DNA of 63,965 nt, the filler included, from Squatina squatina (lineage: Eukaryota): the NCBI GenBank assembly GCA_031763465.1. It is 4 parts of 4 records of this genome, joined end to end, with 100 filler letters (N's around TTAATTAATTAA, not from the genome) between each part and the next. Parts side by side here need not be neighbours in the genome. Positions count along the whole stretch, not along the records: positions 1 to 15,925 come from JARFOE010000235.1; positions 16,026 to 32,421 come from JARFOE010000115.1; 2 more parts are not named here. The stretch is one strand, 5' to 3'. This document shows positions 13,071 through 25,044 of this stretch, in pieces. Each line of letters opens with the position of its first letter. Position 1 is the first letter of the stretch. Under the pieces are notes generated by a model that had not been told where the DNA came from, ran no database searches, and worked only from the letters and a program-made list of their open reading frames with translations. The translations under genes and the position numbers were made by a program.

Positions 13071-13579
13071 GTATTTTCAGTCATTCTGCAGCCTTCATAC
13101 TCTGAAAAGAGTTTAATGGACTTGGCTGAAAGCAAACGTTAGTCTAAATTCTATTACACAGCATAAACAGAGTAGCATAAACAAGGTTGTATTGTGGCCA
13201 TCTGAACTTTCACCCAAAACAACATTTCCACCAGTCAGGCTGTCAGTTCTCCCTCTCTTTCTTTTCTGTTCTTTATTTATTGCTCCATTGAATAGATGCT
13301 TATTCTGCTAATGTGACTAGCAATGCTAGGATTCTGGTCAGCTAGAAGCCTAGGTGTAGTTAGAGCCGAGCTTACCATAAAGTGCAGGCAACCATGTCCA
13401 GTGTCACAACGAACAGAAGTTGCTGAGGTGATGTAGTGGCAGAGTGAGTTCTGGGTTATGGTGTAGTACACAGAATTACATCAAATATACAGCACAGAAA
13501 TAGACCATTTGACCCAACATGTGCAATAACAGCTTTCTGATTCTCTTGTTTATGGCCACACACACCACGTCAATATTCA

Positions 13580-13790
13580 CAAAAGCCAAACTCTGCGGGT
13601 GTGGAAATCAGAAATATTCGCAGAGAATGCTGGAAATACTCGGCAGCATTTGTGGAGTGAGGTATTTAATGTTTCAGGTTAGTGAAACATAACCAAAACT
13701 GGTTCTGACGAAAGGTCATGGAGCTGAAATGTTTCCCTCCACCGAGGCTGCCGACCTGCCGTGTGTTTTCATATTTCATTATTGTTTATT
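13580..13790. mobile_element. Palindromic Penelope-like/MITE repeat with a degenerate hammerhead core
   Basis: Imperfect inverted arms (ggcagcatttgtggag...aatgtttcagg and gctgaaatgtt...ctccaccgaggctgcc) flank CTGACGA...GAAA. Related copies at 33995-34074 and 57910-58100. Confidence 0.5.
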
Positions 13791-13960
13791 ATTCATATTT
13801 TCTTATTACACTTCATGTTTTCTGATTAATATTCATATTTGCTGATTAATATTCATATTTTCTTATCAATGTTCATGTTTTCTGATTAATATTCATATTC
13901 TCTGATGAATATTCGTGGTTTTTTTTTGTTAATATTCATGTTTGCTGATTTAATATTCAG
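13785..13960. repeat. AT-rich minisatellite, ~20-bp unit (aatattcatatttgctgatt), about 8-9 diverged copies
   Basis: Repeated aatattcat.ttt.ctgatt units are directly visible. Confidence 0.85.
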
Positions 13961-13979
13961 TATCCAGGCAGCGCAGCAC

Positions 13980-13991
13980 CAAGATGGCGGC
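13980..13991 (+). promoter_or_regulatory. YY1 consensus motif overlapping the RETREG3 start codon
   Basis: Exact CAAGATGGCGGC at the edge of a CpG-rich island (about 13965-14380). Confidence 0.6.
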
Positions 13992-14186
13992 GGTGGGGCC
14001 TGCGGCCGGCGACCGGACCCCGGGCTCAGCCTCGGCCCCGGACCCCGAGCACCAGCTCCGGCAGGAGCATCTACTCCGCGTCCTGGGACACTACGAGCCG
14101 GTGCTGACCTACTGGCAGAGCGTGCTGGTGTGGGAGAGGCCGCTGCACAGCTTGCTCCTGCACCTGGGCGCCAACGCCGGCTTCTG
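13984..14186 (+). CDS. RETREG3: Reticulophagy regulator 3 (FAM134C), first coding exon
   Basis: ATG in a CpG island; VLGHYEPVLTYWQSVLVWERP...LGANAGFW; donor TG|gtaagc; head-to-head with TUBG1 as in human. Confidence 0.9.
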
Positions 14187-15150
14187 GTAAGCGGGAGAGC
14201 GGCGGGCGGGCGGCGGGGTGTGAGTCGGCCCAGGAACCTGCGGGGGGACCGGGGGAGGCGCTCGGTGCGCAGTCCGCTGTTTCTCCCGGCACTTGGTCCC
14301 GGGCCTACACTGCTGGTTTACATCGGGTTTCCCGCTGGAAGGGTCTCTCTTCCCTCAGCCCCGGGGAGTGAGCGGAGACTGACACACCTAGTTGAAGGGG
14401 AATATGAAAATAACCCAGATTATTCAAATTAAGTCAGACAGGTNNNNNNNNNNNNNNNNNNNNNNNNNNNNNNNNNNNNNNNNNNNNNNNNNNNNNNNNN
14501 NNNNNNNNNNNNNNNNNNNNNNNNNNNNNNNNNNNNNNNNNNNTGGTCTGAGAAGCCAGCCCAGTGAAAAATGCTGCCATTGGTCGAATGCTAAGACATA
14601 TTTGCATGAAGGACAACCCACTTTTTAAGGTATAAAATTGCTGTGAAGAAGACATTTTCTTTACTGCAGCAGTCACGAAGAAATCCTCGGTTTGGTAACC
14701 GAATGGGCATTCAGGGCAAATTGAACTTGACCAGCACGTGAGCTTAGATAGCATAAATGGGATCCCTTATGATATTTACTTTGTGTGTGTTTAATTAGTT
14801 AGAATCATTACGTGTGTGAAAGATCTAACTTGAGTTAAACAAATAAAGGTGCTTCCAGTTAATCCTACATTCCGCGTATGTATCTGTAATTCCCAAACTC
14901 GCAAACCTTGTAACGTAGGGTAAAGGCAGGCACCTTTTTACCTACATGACTTAGAGGGCGAAAGTGTTACACACTGAGCCACGCAGAACTTTGGGGCATG
15001 GCTCAAGCTTGAACTCAGCTTTCTCCCTCTCAGTCAGAGTGGAAGTTCAACAGCTGTAGAAGACAAGCTCACTGCAATCCTCATATTGCCCACATGACAG
15101 AAATTTCTGAACAAAATATTTCACTGACCCGAATACTCTTTCGCACCTAG

Positions 15151-15671
15151 ATCTTGATCGTCATAGTGACCCTGAGGAATCATTTGCGAGAGATCTCCCA
15201 GAATTCCCATCGATAAACCCTGATGTGACGGGACTGGATGATGATGATGACACCAGCCTGGGTATTCCAACTGCTTCCTACCAGGCTTTGGCACAGGAGG
15301 ACGTGAGCCTGTTTTCTGATCAGGAGGACATTGATGTAGACATATCCCTCAGTGGGCTGCCATCACCCCTAAATTTCACGGGCAACCAGGGCCTTACCCT
15401 GGCAGGGGCGATAGCCAGCAATATGATGGCGGCTGCACTGTCGAGCGCAACTCAAGAGGCCCAAATAGTGAGGGACAATCCTCCGAGGGTTGCTTCGCAG
15501 ACCTGGCATGAACACTCGGGCACAGAAATGGACACTGATGCAGAGGGTGATGATTTTGAACTGTTGGATCAGTCGGAGCTGAATCAGTACGAAAACTTCG
15601 CCTCTCAGGATCGAGGCACACGGCAACACTCGAAGGCAGGCTTCCTTTCAAACTTCCTCCGAAAACAGTAG
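15151..15671 (+). CDS. RETREG3: RETREG3 last coding exon with LIR motif
   Basis: Acceptor cacctag|AT; DLDRHSDPEESFARDLPEFPSIN...EGDDFELLDQSEL (LIR FELL at 15555-15566); stop TAG at 15669-15671. Confidence 0.92.
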
Positions 15672-15925
15672 GTTTGTGGGTGCTGGTGTTGCCAGATTAC
15701 ACCACACTGGGCCCAGTCGACATTCATTGGAAGGCAGGGTTGCCATAACCTCTTTGTGCGATACCACTGGTGTGTCTCATTCCTGCTGCTGTTGTGCATA
15801 GTTTAAAATATTCTGATTGCCCCGGTGGTTACCATTTCTTCCTCACAATGGCCAGAGTCTCACAGCTAAGAGAGATGTAGATTTTATTGCTGTTTGTTTG
15901 GTGTCCCTTTTAATTCCTTGGGTTT

Positions 15926-16025
15926 NNNNNNNNNNNNNNNNNNNNNNNNNNNNNNNNNNNNNNNNNNNNTTAATTAATTAANNNNNNNNNNNNNNNNNNN
16001 NNNNNNNNNNNNNNNNNNNNNNNNN
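15926..16025. other. Artificial scaffold spacer N44-TTAATTAATTAA-N44
   Basis: Six-frame stop linker in an exact 100-nt block; the synteny block changes across it. Confidence 0.95.
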
Positions 16026-16078
16026 ACTCATTAAAGTATGATAAAAGAACTGAGCAAAAAAAATGGCATACTACTTAC

Positions 16079-16169
16079 CCTCTTAAATAGCTAAATTCTT
16101 CCAGAAGGTATTTTGCGGATGCTTCCCCAATAAACACAGATGGAATGGTGATTTGTTTAAAAATATCAA
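16079..16169 (-). CDS. RNF13: RING finger protein 13 internal exon (end of PA domain)
   Basis: Not in the ORF track. The - strand reads cttttacag|TT...GG|gtaagt, 91 bp, DIFKQITIPSVFIGEASAKYLLEEFSYLRG (recalled human KKIDIPSVFIGESSANSLKDEFTYEKG). Next to COMMD2/WWTR1, which favours RNF13 over RNF167. Confidence 0.85.
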
Positions 16170-17019
16170 CTGTAAAAGAGAATGACATTGTGTGAAATTC
16201 AGCATTAGAAGCAAATATACTGACGCATAAACTAGTATAAATTAAGAACTTTCGAACCTTTCGAGGTCTCTTCAGGACTCCTTCCTATCAACTGTCACTA
16301 TGACACAGCACTGCAGCGTCTGGAATGATGGGGGACATGACAAACACCTCAATTGGGAGGGAAGTACCTCCCACTGGTGTTATGTGAGTTTTACAACACA
16401 TCCTAGAAATCTCCCACACTGAAATTTTAACAAATCAATTTTTCTGTAACAAAATCTACAAGAGTACAAATGAACTTTGGTAAATACATAAATGTTCTCA
16501 AAACCAGCTCTTAATACAAGTCTAAAACCTGTGGGACATCAAGAACTTCCTTCTCTGTCCTCCAAATAAAGCTAGTTTGTTTGATTTTAGTCTAAGATAC
16601 AGGATTGGTATAAGGGTATCAGAGTTGTTTAACAAGATATTCCCTTCTTCCAGGAACTCTATGCTTAAGGCTCACCACAAGTTACAAAATTCTACATAAT
16701 GTAAGTCTAGGTTTTTTTTCTTCAAAAAGCTGCATGTGGTAGTGCTGCACTGATGATGCACACTATCATTTTAAATATATTTTAAAAACCTAGACTTAAA
16801 AAATGTATATGCTGACTGCTGAACTATTGTGCCAGAATTGTTACACTTGATACCTCGATGTAATTCAGTTGTAGAACTGTTTTATAGAATATACACCCTC
16901 AGAGTCACAAGATGGTGGCTCACCTCATGACAAACTCCAATAGTCCACTCATTTTGAATTCTTAACTTATGATTGGATGGAAATAAAATAACCCCATGGC
17001 ACTTTTTCCAAAAGGCAAA

Positions 17020-17232
17020 GAATCCTTCCTCATTATGACCAACATCCATCTCTCAACCAAAATAAAATATCTGGCCATTCATCTCATTGCTATTTGTGGG
17101 ACTTCACTGTGCATACGTTGGCTACTGCATTCGCCTGCAATACAACTATGCTTCCAAAGTTGGCTGTGAAGTGATTTGGTACGTCCTGAGGGCAACATGA
17201 AAGATGCAATGTAAATACAAGTTATTTCTTTG
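17020..17232 (+). mobile_element. Deu-SINE 3' fragment
   Basis: tatctggccattcatctcattgctatttgtggg...tgtaaatacaagtt. Confidence 0.55.
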
Positions 17233-17755
17233 TTTTGAGTTGTTGCCTTGGAGGGAAATCTGACATAAAAGTGTGGAAGTACTATATAAGAGTATGAGGT
17301 ATAACAAAATTTATGATAGCAGCCATGGAAGGAAGTCAAGGGATTCTTCAGGCACATGGGATTGAAAGGAAATGCTTCAAAAATACAATGCTGGAAAATT
17401 ACAAATACTGTAAATATTTTATATAGGATACACAAGTTTAAATTGGAAAGTAGTCTATTTACACAGATTTCTTAACTTTTTACTTTATTGGATTATTTTT
17501 TTACAACAGTGAAACAAATAGTGTCACCTGATGACCCTTCAGTCATTGCCAGATGAGTTTCAGAGTTTATGTTAGTACCGTTGTATCTGCTGTGGAGAAA
17601 GGCCTTTGAGCAGAGAAATTGCATGGTGGACCTATTGAGGAGGGGGCTGAAGGAGGCAGGCCAAACCGAGGCTTTGAGACATCAAAATGCTGCAGAAGGA
17701 ATCTGAGCAACAGAGAGCTATTGGTGCTTGATGGGGTTGGGAGTTGAATGTTGAT

Positions 17756-18160
17756 GTAGAAACATAGAAACATAGAAAATAGGTGCAGGAGTAGGCCATT
17801 AGGCCCTTCGAGCCTGCACCGCCATTCAATANNNNNNNNNNNNNNNNNNNNNNNNNNNNNNNNNNNNNNNNNNNNNNNNNNNNNNNNNNNNNNNNNNNNN
17901 NNNNNNNNNNNNNNNNNNNNNNNNNNNNNNNGCATTTGCCCACTCACTCAACCTGTCCAAATCACACTGGAGCTTCTCTGCACCCTCCTGACAGCACACA
18001 CGCCCACCCAGCTTTGTGTCGTCTGCAAACTTGGAGATATTATATTTAGTTCCCTCATCTAAATCATTAATATATATTATGAATAGTTGGGGTCCTGGCA
18101 CAGATCCCTGCAGTACCCCACTAGTCACTGCCTGCCACTCGGAAAAATACCCGTTTATTA
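17756..18160 (-). mobile_element. Young CR1 LINE pieces either side of a gap
   Basis: The (tagaaaca)n tail is at 17757. ORF 17826..18224 reads [31 protein letters not shown]...[12 protein letters not shown]. Confidence 0.9.
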
Positions 18161-20053
18161 CATATGGCATCACTGCCGAACCTGATCCAATCTTAACCCT
18201 ACATCCATACACATCTAATTTCAAATTTTCTTGCTCATAATATTCCTTAAACCTGTTTGTTTGTTTTTTTTGTTTATTAAAAAGTTAAACTTAAATAATA
18301 TTTTCTAGTTAAGATATTTCATTAATTTTTCAGATTTCAAGAATTTGAACTATGAAGCATCATAAATACAGCAGCACAACAGAAGGGGATTTCGTAGAGT
18401 GATCGATTGGCTTTAATTTGCCGGTTACCAATTGTGTGGTTTTCTCTGGGGATGATTAAAATGTCAATTTTGAAATATCTTCTATTTCAAGGTTAAAAAA
18501 TCTACCCCTTTGCTTCAGCTTGTAATTTATCCTGCCACTTTTACATTGTTGTAAAAAGGTTTCGGATGCACATCAATGGTAGCTTAACTCAGAAGTCTAT
18601 GTGTGCACTAAAGCCAAATGGTGCCAGACCCTCTCCAGGAGGTTGTCTCACACTGGTTTGAGTTCCCAAAACATGCAACATAAATGCAGCTGTAGACTCT
18701 CCATGAACTCTGATCTCTCATCCATAAAATCAAATATAGACTTGCACTATCTTTAGCACTGCTCTTGCTGTTGAGGTTTCAACAGTTACTGGAAGGACAA
18801 GTCTGAATGGTCTCTTGCCCTTGACTTTTCTTCTGCTCCTGTGTGCAGACCATTCCTATTCATCACTTCAGTGTTGATTACTATGTCCTCCCAGCAGATA
18901 CCAAACATCCTACTTGCACAGCATCTTTAAGTGTACTCGCCTTCTAATTAAGGCCTTCAATAGACTCCGTGGGCAGAGTGACCCCACATGAGCCTCAAAT
19001 GACATCAGCTTGAAATTGTCCAAGTCTGGACAAAGATAGATTCTGGCTGTGTTGTTTATAACCAACATAAAAACAGGGGAAAATACGCTTTTTACAGTCA
19101 AACAATAGCATTTTTCTCCCTTATCGCCATTTATTGCACTGGCTCATGCGCTATCCCATAGTGCATTCTCACTCTGGTTCCTTTTCTCTTCCCAACACTA
19201 CAGTTCACTGTCAAGTACTGTGTGCTCCTTGGTGACCAACTCCTTTTTCTCCTCTTTTCACACACCTTACTGCATTGCCATTACATACTGTAAATCCAGC
19301 AAGAAAAATATCATACTGCAGCCAAATCTCACTCTGATTTGGCCGCACTTCTCCAGCTGATGGTGTAGTAGCATTCTGTCTGACAGGTGAATCTAAGTTG
19401 TGCCCTTCAGTCGGGAGGCACCCTGAAATTTCCCCAAGTTCTACTTTCTGGTGCAAAAAAGGAAAAGTCAGCACAGACCAAGAATTCCATCTGGGACACT
19501 CCTGGTTTGTATGTTTCTGTTCCATACATAATGATAGTAAGTGGAGATAATGGGCCTGATTATAGGATGCTCAGCACCCACAATACTGATGTGAATCAGG
19601 TACAGGCCTGTGTGCCTCTTATGCATAGTGTGGGATAATGCAGCGAGGCTGAGAACCTGAATGTCGGGCATGTTCTAGGCCACCTAAGACCTCAAAAAAA
19701 AGCTGATGAGGTCCTTGCCCCAATATNNNNNNNNNNNNNNNNNNNNNNNNNNNNNNNNNNNNNNNNNNNNNNNNNNNNNNNNNNNNNNNNNNNNNNNNNN
19801 NNNNNNNNNNNNNNNNNNNNNNNNNNGTGACAAATCACAGACAGAAGTTTCCATTCAAACAGCACAGCACACTACAGTTTATTGTATTCCAGCACACCAC
19901 CGGCGACTGATCAGTCTGGTGCGAAAGAACCAAATTAGGGAAGAGTAAATAACTAAAACATACAAGGGAGGAAGAAAAGGGGAATTTTTACTTTTAAGTT
20001 TTGGTTATTGTGATGAACCATTTCTTTGGATGGTAAACCATTTTTCTGTTCAG

Positions 20054-20143
20054 TTGTAGGAGAATTCTGCCGAATTGCCGNNNNNNNNNNCGTGGAGTTT
20101 TTGAAAAAAGGCTCAAATCCCAAAATATTTGAAGGAGCGGCAA
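20054..20143 (+). CDS. COMMD2: COMM domain-containing 2, exon 2 (split by a spurious 10-N gap)
   Basis: ttcag|TT GTA GGA GAA TTC TGC CGA ATT GCC [N10] GTG GAG TTT...GCA A|gtatgt gives VGEFCRIAVEFLKKGSNPKIFEGAA. Confidence 0.88.
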
Positions 20144-21172
20144 GTATGTAATTACAAGCAACTTTTGATCTGTGATAATGTCCTATAACTTGCAGTAGAA
20201 TTTGCTAATACAATTCCTCTACCAACAGTCTGTATGTTGAGGAAAATAGCTAAAGTGTGCGCATACTCCTGTTACCTTGAATGTTGGGCAGGTTGAGACT
20301 GCAACTGTGTTTTCTTGTTCATTTGCAGCTTGACACTGTTTCCCATGCAGTAAGTTGGACCATTTGATGCAATAGACTCACTATTAAGACTGTCACTCTG
20401 GTTAATCTAGAGGGAGCTGGGACTAAATGAATTCAGGGGCGAAGTAATGTAATCAAGGAGCTGTGCATGGGATAACGAGGTGGGCACCGCAAGATGCACA
20501 ATGTTTCATTGATGATGGGAATAATATATTCTAACTTGATGCATGTGTTTTTAGATTGTTAGAACCAGTTATTTTAGTGGTGCTCCTTTGAGGGGACGCT
20601 TGTTGGAAATTGGTCGTTTGGGTGTGCTAATGTCACAACTGTCACTTAGTTCACACAACATAGGCTCGGGGCAACGTACTGTGCCTTGCCCAGTAATAGA
20701 GATGCATTGAATTAGTATGAAAAGTGAAACTGTTACTGATCTAATACTTTTTATTTAGTGAGTTTATTACAGTAGGATAGTAAGAGGCACTGGGACACCA
20801 GTGTGCTGCTCCCCAGAATGCCAGTGCAGTTTCACATACATGGTTCTGCAGGTGTGATTTCAGCTGTGATAGCAAGGAGACTGCATTTCCTCGCAGTGAT
20901 AATTGGAGAGAGAAAAATTTAAGTCGTGTCCATATAGTTCCTTATTGATTAATGTTTAGGGGAATGCAGCAACTATTTTACATTCAGGAACATCCCAACT
21001 CTAATCCCTTACCCGCTGACCATATAAACACTTCCAACAGGATAGTAATGATGGTTGCTTGATAGCAATGAGTGGAAATCCCCTACCCCTCATCTCTTTT
21101 CCCCCCTCCCCTCTATTTGCCCCACTGTTGTGACAATGGAGCACCTCAGATGGAGCATAAATGACCAAACTA

Positions 21173-22620
21173 TATAAGAACATAAGAAATAGGAGCAGGA
21201 GTAGACCTTATGGCACTTTGAGCCTGCTCCACCATTCAATAAGATCGTGGCTGATCATTGACCTCAACTCCACTTTCCCCCCCCCGATCTCCATATCCCT
21301 TGACTCCCCTAGAGTCCAACAATCTATCTATCTCAGCCTTGAATATACTCAATGACTGAGCATCCACAGTGTTCTGGGACAGAGAATTCCAAAGATTCAC
21401 AACCCTCTGAGTGAAGAAATTCCTCCTCATCTCAGTCTTAAATGGCTGACCCCTTATCCTGAGGCTATGGCCCCTAGTTCTAGACACTCCAGCCAGAGGA
21501 AACAACCTCTCAGCGTCTACCTTGTCAATCCCCTTCAGAATCTTGTATGTTTCAATGAGATCACCTCTCATTCTTCTAAATTCAAAGAGAGTATGGGCCC
21601 ATTCTACACAATCTCTCGTCATAAGACAGCCCTCTCATCTCAGGAACCAATCTAGTGAACCTTCGTTGCACTGCCTCCAAGACAAGTATATCCTTCCTTA
21701 GATAAGGAGACAAAAACTGTGCACAGTCATCCAGGTGGTGTCTCACCAAGGNNNNNNNNNNNNNNNNNNNNNNNNNNNNNNNNNNNNNNNNNNNNNNNNN
21801 NNNNNNNNNNNNNNNNNNNNNNNNNNNNNNNNNNNNNNNNNNNNNNNNNNNNNNNNNNNNNNNNNNNNNNNNNNNNNNNNNNNNNNNNNNNNNNNNNNNN
21901 NNNNNNNNNNNNNNNNNNNNNNNNNNNNNNNNNNNNNNNNNNNNNNNNNNNNNNNNNNNNNNNNNNNNNNNNNNNNNNNNNNNNNNNNNNNNNNNNNNNN
22001 NNNNNNNNNNNNNNNNNNNNNNNNNNNNNNNNNNNNNNNNNNNNNNNNNNNNNNNNNNNNNNNNNNNNNNNNNNNNNNNNNNNNNNNNNNNNNNNNNNNN
22101 NNNNNNNNNNNNNNNNNNNNNNNNNNNNNNNNNNNNNNNNNNNNNNNNNNNNNNNNNNNNNNNNNNNNNNNNNNNNNNNNNNNNNNNNNNNNNNNNNNNN
22201 NNNNNNNNNNNNNNNNNNNNNNNNNNNNNNNNNNNNNNNNNNNNNNNNNNNNNNNNNNNNNNNNNNTTGTCGGCTTTTGGTCTCATTAGTTTTTCTAGTA
22301 CTTTCTCTCTCCTTGCATTAATTACATTAAGTTCTTCACCCTCATTTGACCCTTGGTTTCCTACCATTTTTGGTATGCTTTTTTGTGTCTTCTACTGTGA
22401 AGACAGATGCACGATGGAACATTTCTGCCATTTTCTTATTCCCCATAATAATTTCTCCAATGTTTACTTTTGCGACTCTTTTCCTTTTTACATACTTGTA
22501 GATGCTCTTACAATCTGTTTTTATTTCTTGCTAGTTTCCCTTTTTTCCCCTCATCAATTTTTTGGTCATCCTTTGCTGAGTTCTGAAACTCTCCCAATCC
22601 TCTTTGCAACATTATAAGCT
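21173..22620 (-). mobile_element. CR1 LINE (gapped) in a COMMD2 intron
   Basis: ORFs 21236..21622 and 21582..22367 give EFRRMRGDLIETYKILKG...RGHSLRIRG...EMRRNFFTQRVVNLWNSL; taagaaca tail at about 21175. Confidence 0.92.
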
Positions 22621-22757
22621 TCTTCTTTTACCCACATGCGATCCTTAATTTCTTCAGTTAGCTTTTCCTGTGGAGTATATGGCACGGTTATCACCGCTGG
22701 GTGTGAAATGTAATGCGTATCAGCGCAGGAGTTTTCCAATTGACTTTTTTTTTGTAG

Positions 22758-22840
22758 GGAAGCTGAGTGTGAGCACTGAAACTGTACAACATGGAGTTGA
22801 GGGATTGATGTACTTACTGACCGAGAGTTCCAAGATGATG
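22758..22840 (+). CDS. COMMD2: COMMD2 exon 3
   Basis: tttgtag|GG AAG...ATG|gtaaac, 83 bp, RKLSVSTETVQHGVEGLMYLLTESSKMM; phase fits exon 2. Confidence 0.92.
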
Positions 22841-24680
22841 GTAAACAAATTCAATTATTTACAAATTGCACTTCTAAAAAAAAATCATGTTTCCATGAAG
22901 GCCTTTATAGGTCTAATGGAACTTTTCCTTTAAATAAACTCCCCTCGTGTTTCAGCCTTTGGCTATTAATTGTTTTACTTTTTCTCATCCCGATTGTTTT
23001 CCATTGAAGTAGCCTGGATGGTCCACAGATGATGACTCTAAATGTGCAGAATCTGGCTTTGCATCTTGGACATGGACATTGCGTTAGAATCCGTCTGGGC
23101 CCGTTTTCAAAAGTTAGACTAGAAGGCGTCTTCTGTTTTTGCTGAGATGATCGCTGAGCGTGACTTTGGGGCCATGTGGCCTGCTAGCAATATGGAAGCT
23201 TCAGACTTAGCTACCCCACGTGCCTTCAAGCTCGGTGACAAAATTAAGCTAAAGGTTTATTAGCCCAGATTTTCAGCCCGTTTCCACTGTCATTCTGCCC
23301 ACTGCCATTTTGACTGGGGCCTTCAGAAAGGTGGCCTCGTTATCCAATGTAAATCAGGATCCTGTAAAGTTAATAGGCCGCTGATTAAATTTTTCAGTAC
23401 CACTAGGCGGAGTGCGTGCAGCGTGTGTCTCCCAGTGGCACTGGGCAGAGAGTGACCTAACCTGTGGTCCTTAAAGGGACTGCTGGAGGCCGCTTCAAAC
23501 ATGGGGCAGGTAGGTTTATTTTTAAAACAATGTTTTTAAAAAACTTACATTTGAAATGCTATGTTTAATTTACTCCATACTGAGATGGTGGTGATGTGCT
23601 GCTCAGGTGCAGGTTTGTACTTGCTACTCCCCATGCTAATTTTTAATCTTATCTAAAACTTCTGGGCGAAGAGCAAAGCATATATAAAACAGCCAGGGGA
23701 AAAATACACAGCTGGGGAAAAACAAAGGGCACGTCAAATCCTGCCTTTCTTACTCACTTCATGGCAACCAGCTCAGGGGCCCAATNNNNNNNNNNNNNNN
23801 NNNNNNNNNNNNNNNNNNNNNNNNNNNNNNNNNNNNNNNNNNNNNNNNNNNNNNNNNNNNNNNNNNNNNNNNNNNNNNNNNNNNNNNNNNNNNNNNNNNN
23901 NNNNNNNNNNNNNNNNNNNNNNNNNNNNNNNNNNNNNNNNNNNNNNNNNNNNNNNNNNNNNNNNNNNNNNNNNNNNNNNNNNNNNNNNNNNNNNNNNNNN
24001 NNNNNNNNNNNNNNNNNNNNNNNNNNNNNNNNNNNNNNNNNNNNNNNNNNNNNNNNNNNNNNNNNNNNNNNNNNNNNNNNNNNNNNNNNNNNNNNNNNNN
24101 NNNNNNNNNNNNNNNNNNNNNNNNNNNNNNNNNNNNNNNNNNNNNNNNNNNNNNNNNNNNNNNNNNNNNNNNNNNNNNNNNNNNNNNNNNNNNNNNNNNN
24201 NNNNNNNNNNNNNNNNNNNNNNNNNNNNNNNNNNNNNNNNNNNNNNNNNNNNNNNNNNNNNNNNNNNNNNNNNNNNNNNNNNNNNNNNNNNNNNNNNNNN
24301 NNNNNNNNNNNNNNNNNNNNNNNNNNNNNNNNNNNNNNNNNNNNNNNNNNNNNNNNNNNNNNNNNNNNNNNNNNNNNNNNNNNNNNNNNNNNNNNNNNNN
24401 NNNNNNNNNNNNNNNNNNNNNNNNNNNNNNNNNNNNNNNNNNNNNNNNNNNNNNNNNNNNNNNNNNNNNNNNNNNNNNNNNNNNNNNNNNNNNNNNNNNN
24501 NNNNNNNNNNNNNNNNNNNNNNNNNNNNNNNNNNNNNNNNNNNNNNNNNNNNNNNNNNNNNNNNNNNNNNNNNNNNNNNNNNNNNNNNNNNNNNNNNNNN
24601 NNNNNNNNNNNNNNNNNNNNNNNNNNNNNNNNNNNNNNNNNNNNNNNNNNNNNNNNNNNNNNNNNNNNNNNNNNNNNNNN

Positions 24681-24950
24681 ATGGTTGCTCTCCATCACCT
24701 CGCCCCAGTGGCTGTTCTTCATGTATGAGCCTAACTAGTAAGTTAAGTAGCAGGATATTTGACTGCGGGGATCATCAAGCCTGCTGTCTGTGAATCCAGC
24801 AGTGGTCACTGGTCAGTGAAGAGGAGTGGCGTCTCTTGCTGTTTTCCTCTGAGCTGCTACTGCCCTGGCTGATATCTGGCAACTTGGTACCGACCAAGAA
24901 TTAAGCCAGAGACTTTTCAGGTTTGCACTGTTTGGGTAATCACTGCCTTA
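24681..24950 (+). repeat. Unclassified old interspersed repeat (SINE-like)
   Basis: Shares ...gtggc..ttcttcatgt.tgagcct...ctatt.ga...atcaca...ggtcactgg... with 29900-30130, 39080-39330 and 54160-54330. Confidence 0.45.
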
Positions 24951-25044
24951 ATCTAGGAAGGAGGGAGCAATTATTGCTTTTTAAAAAGAAATATAGTATT
25001 GAATTGAAATGCAACGTGCAATAACCAATATAACTTGTGGTTAG

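Noticed and set aside
13905-14432. 175-aa ORF over the RETREG3 CpG island
   Set aside because: It starts in the minisatellite and is an alternative frame of GC-rich exon 1 and intron; no recognisable domain.
15970-15981. TTAATTAATTAA palindrome repeated three times in the window, considered as a biological motif
   Set aside because: It is always centred in exactly 44+44 Ns, so it is an assembly linker.
18480-19560. Possible ANKUB1 exon between RNF13 and COMMD2
   Set aside because: No long open frame and no convincing match to ANKUB1 motifs on either strand.
23754-24738. Long ORFs here and at 21719-22321 and 35607-36643
   Set aside because: They are made almost entirely of N-derived X residues.
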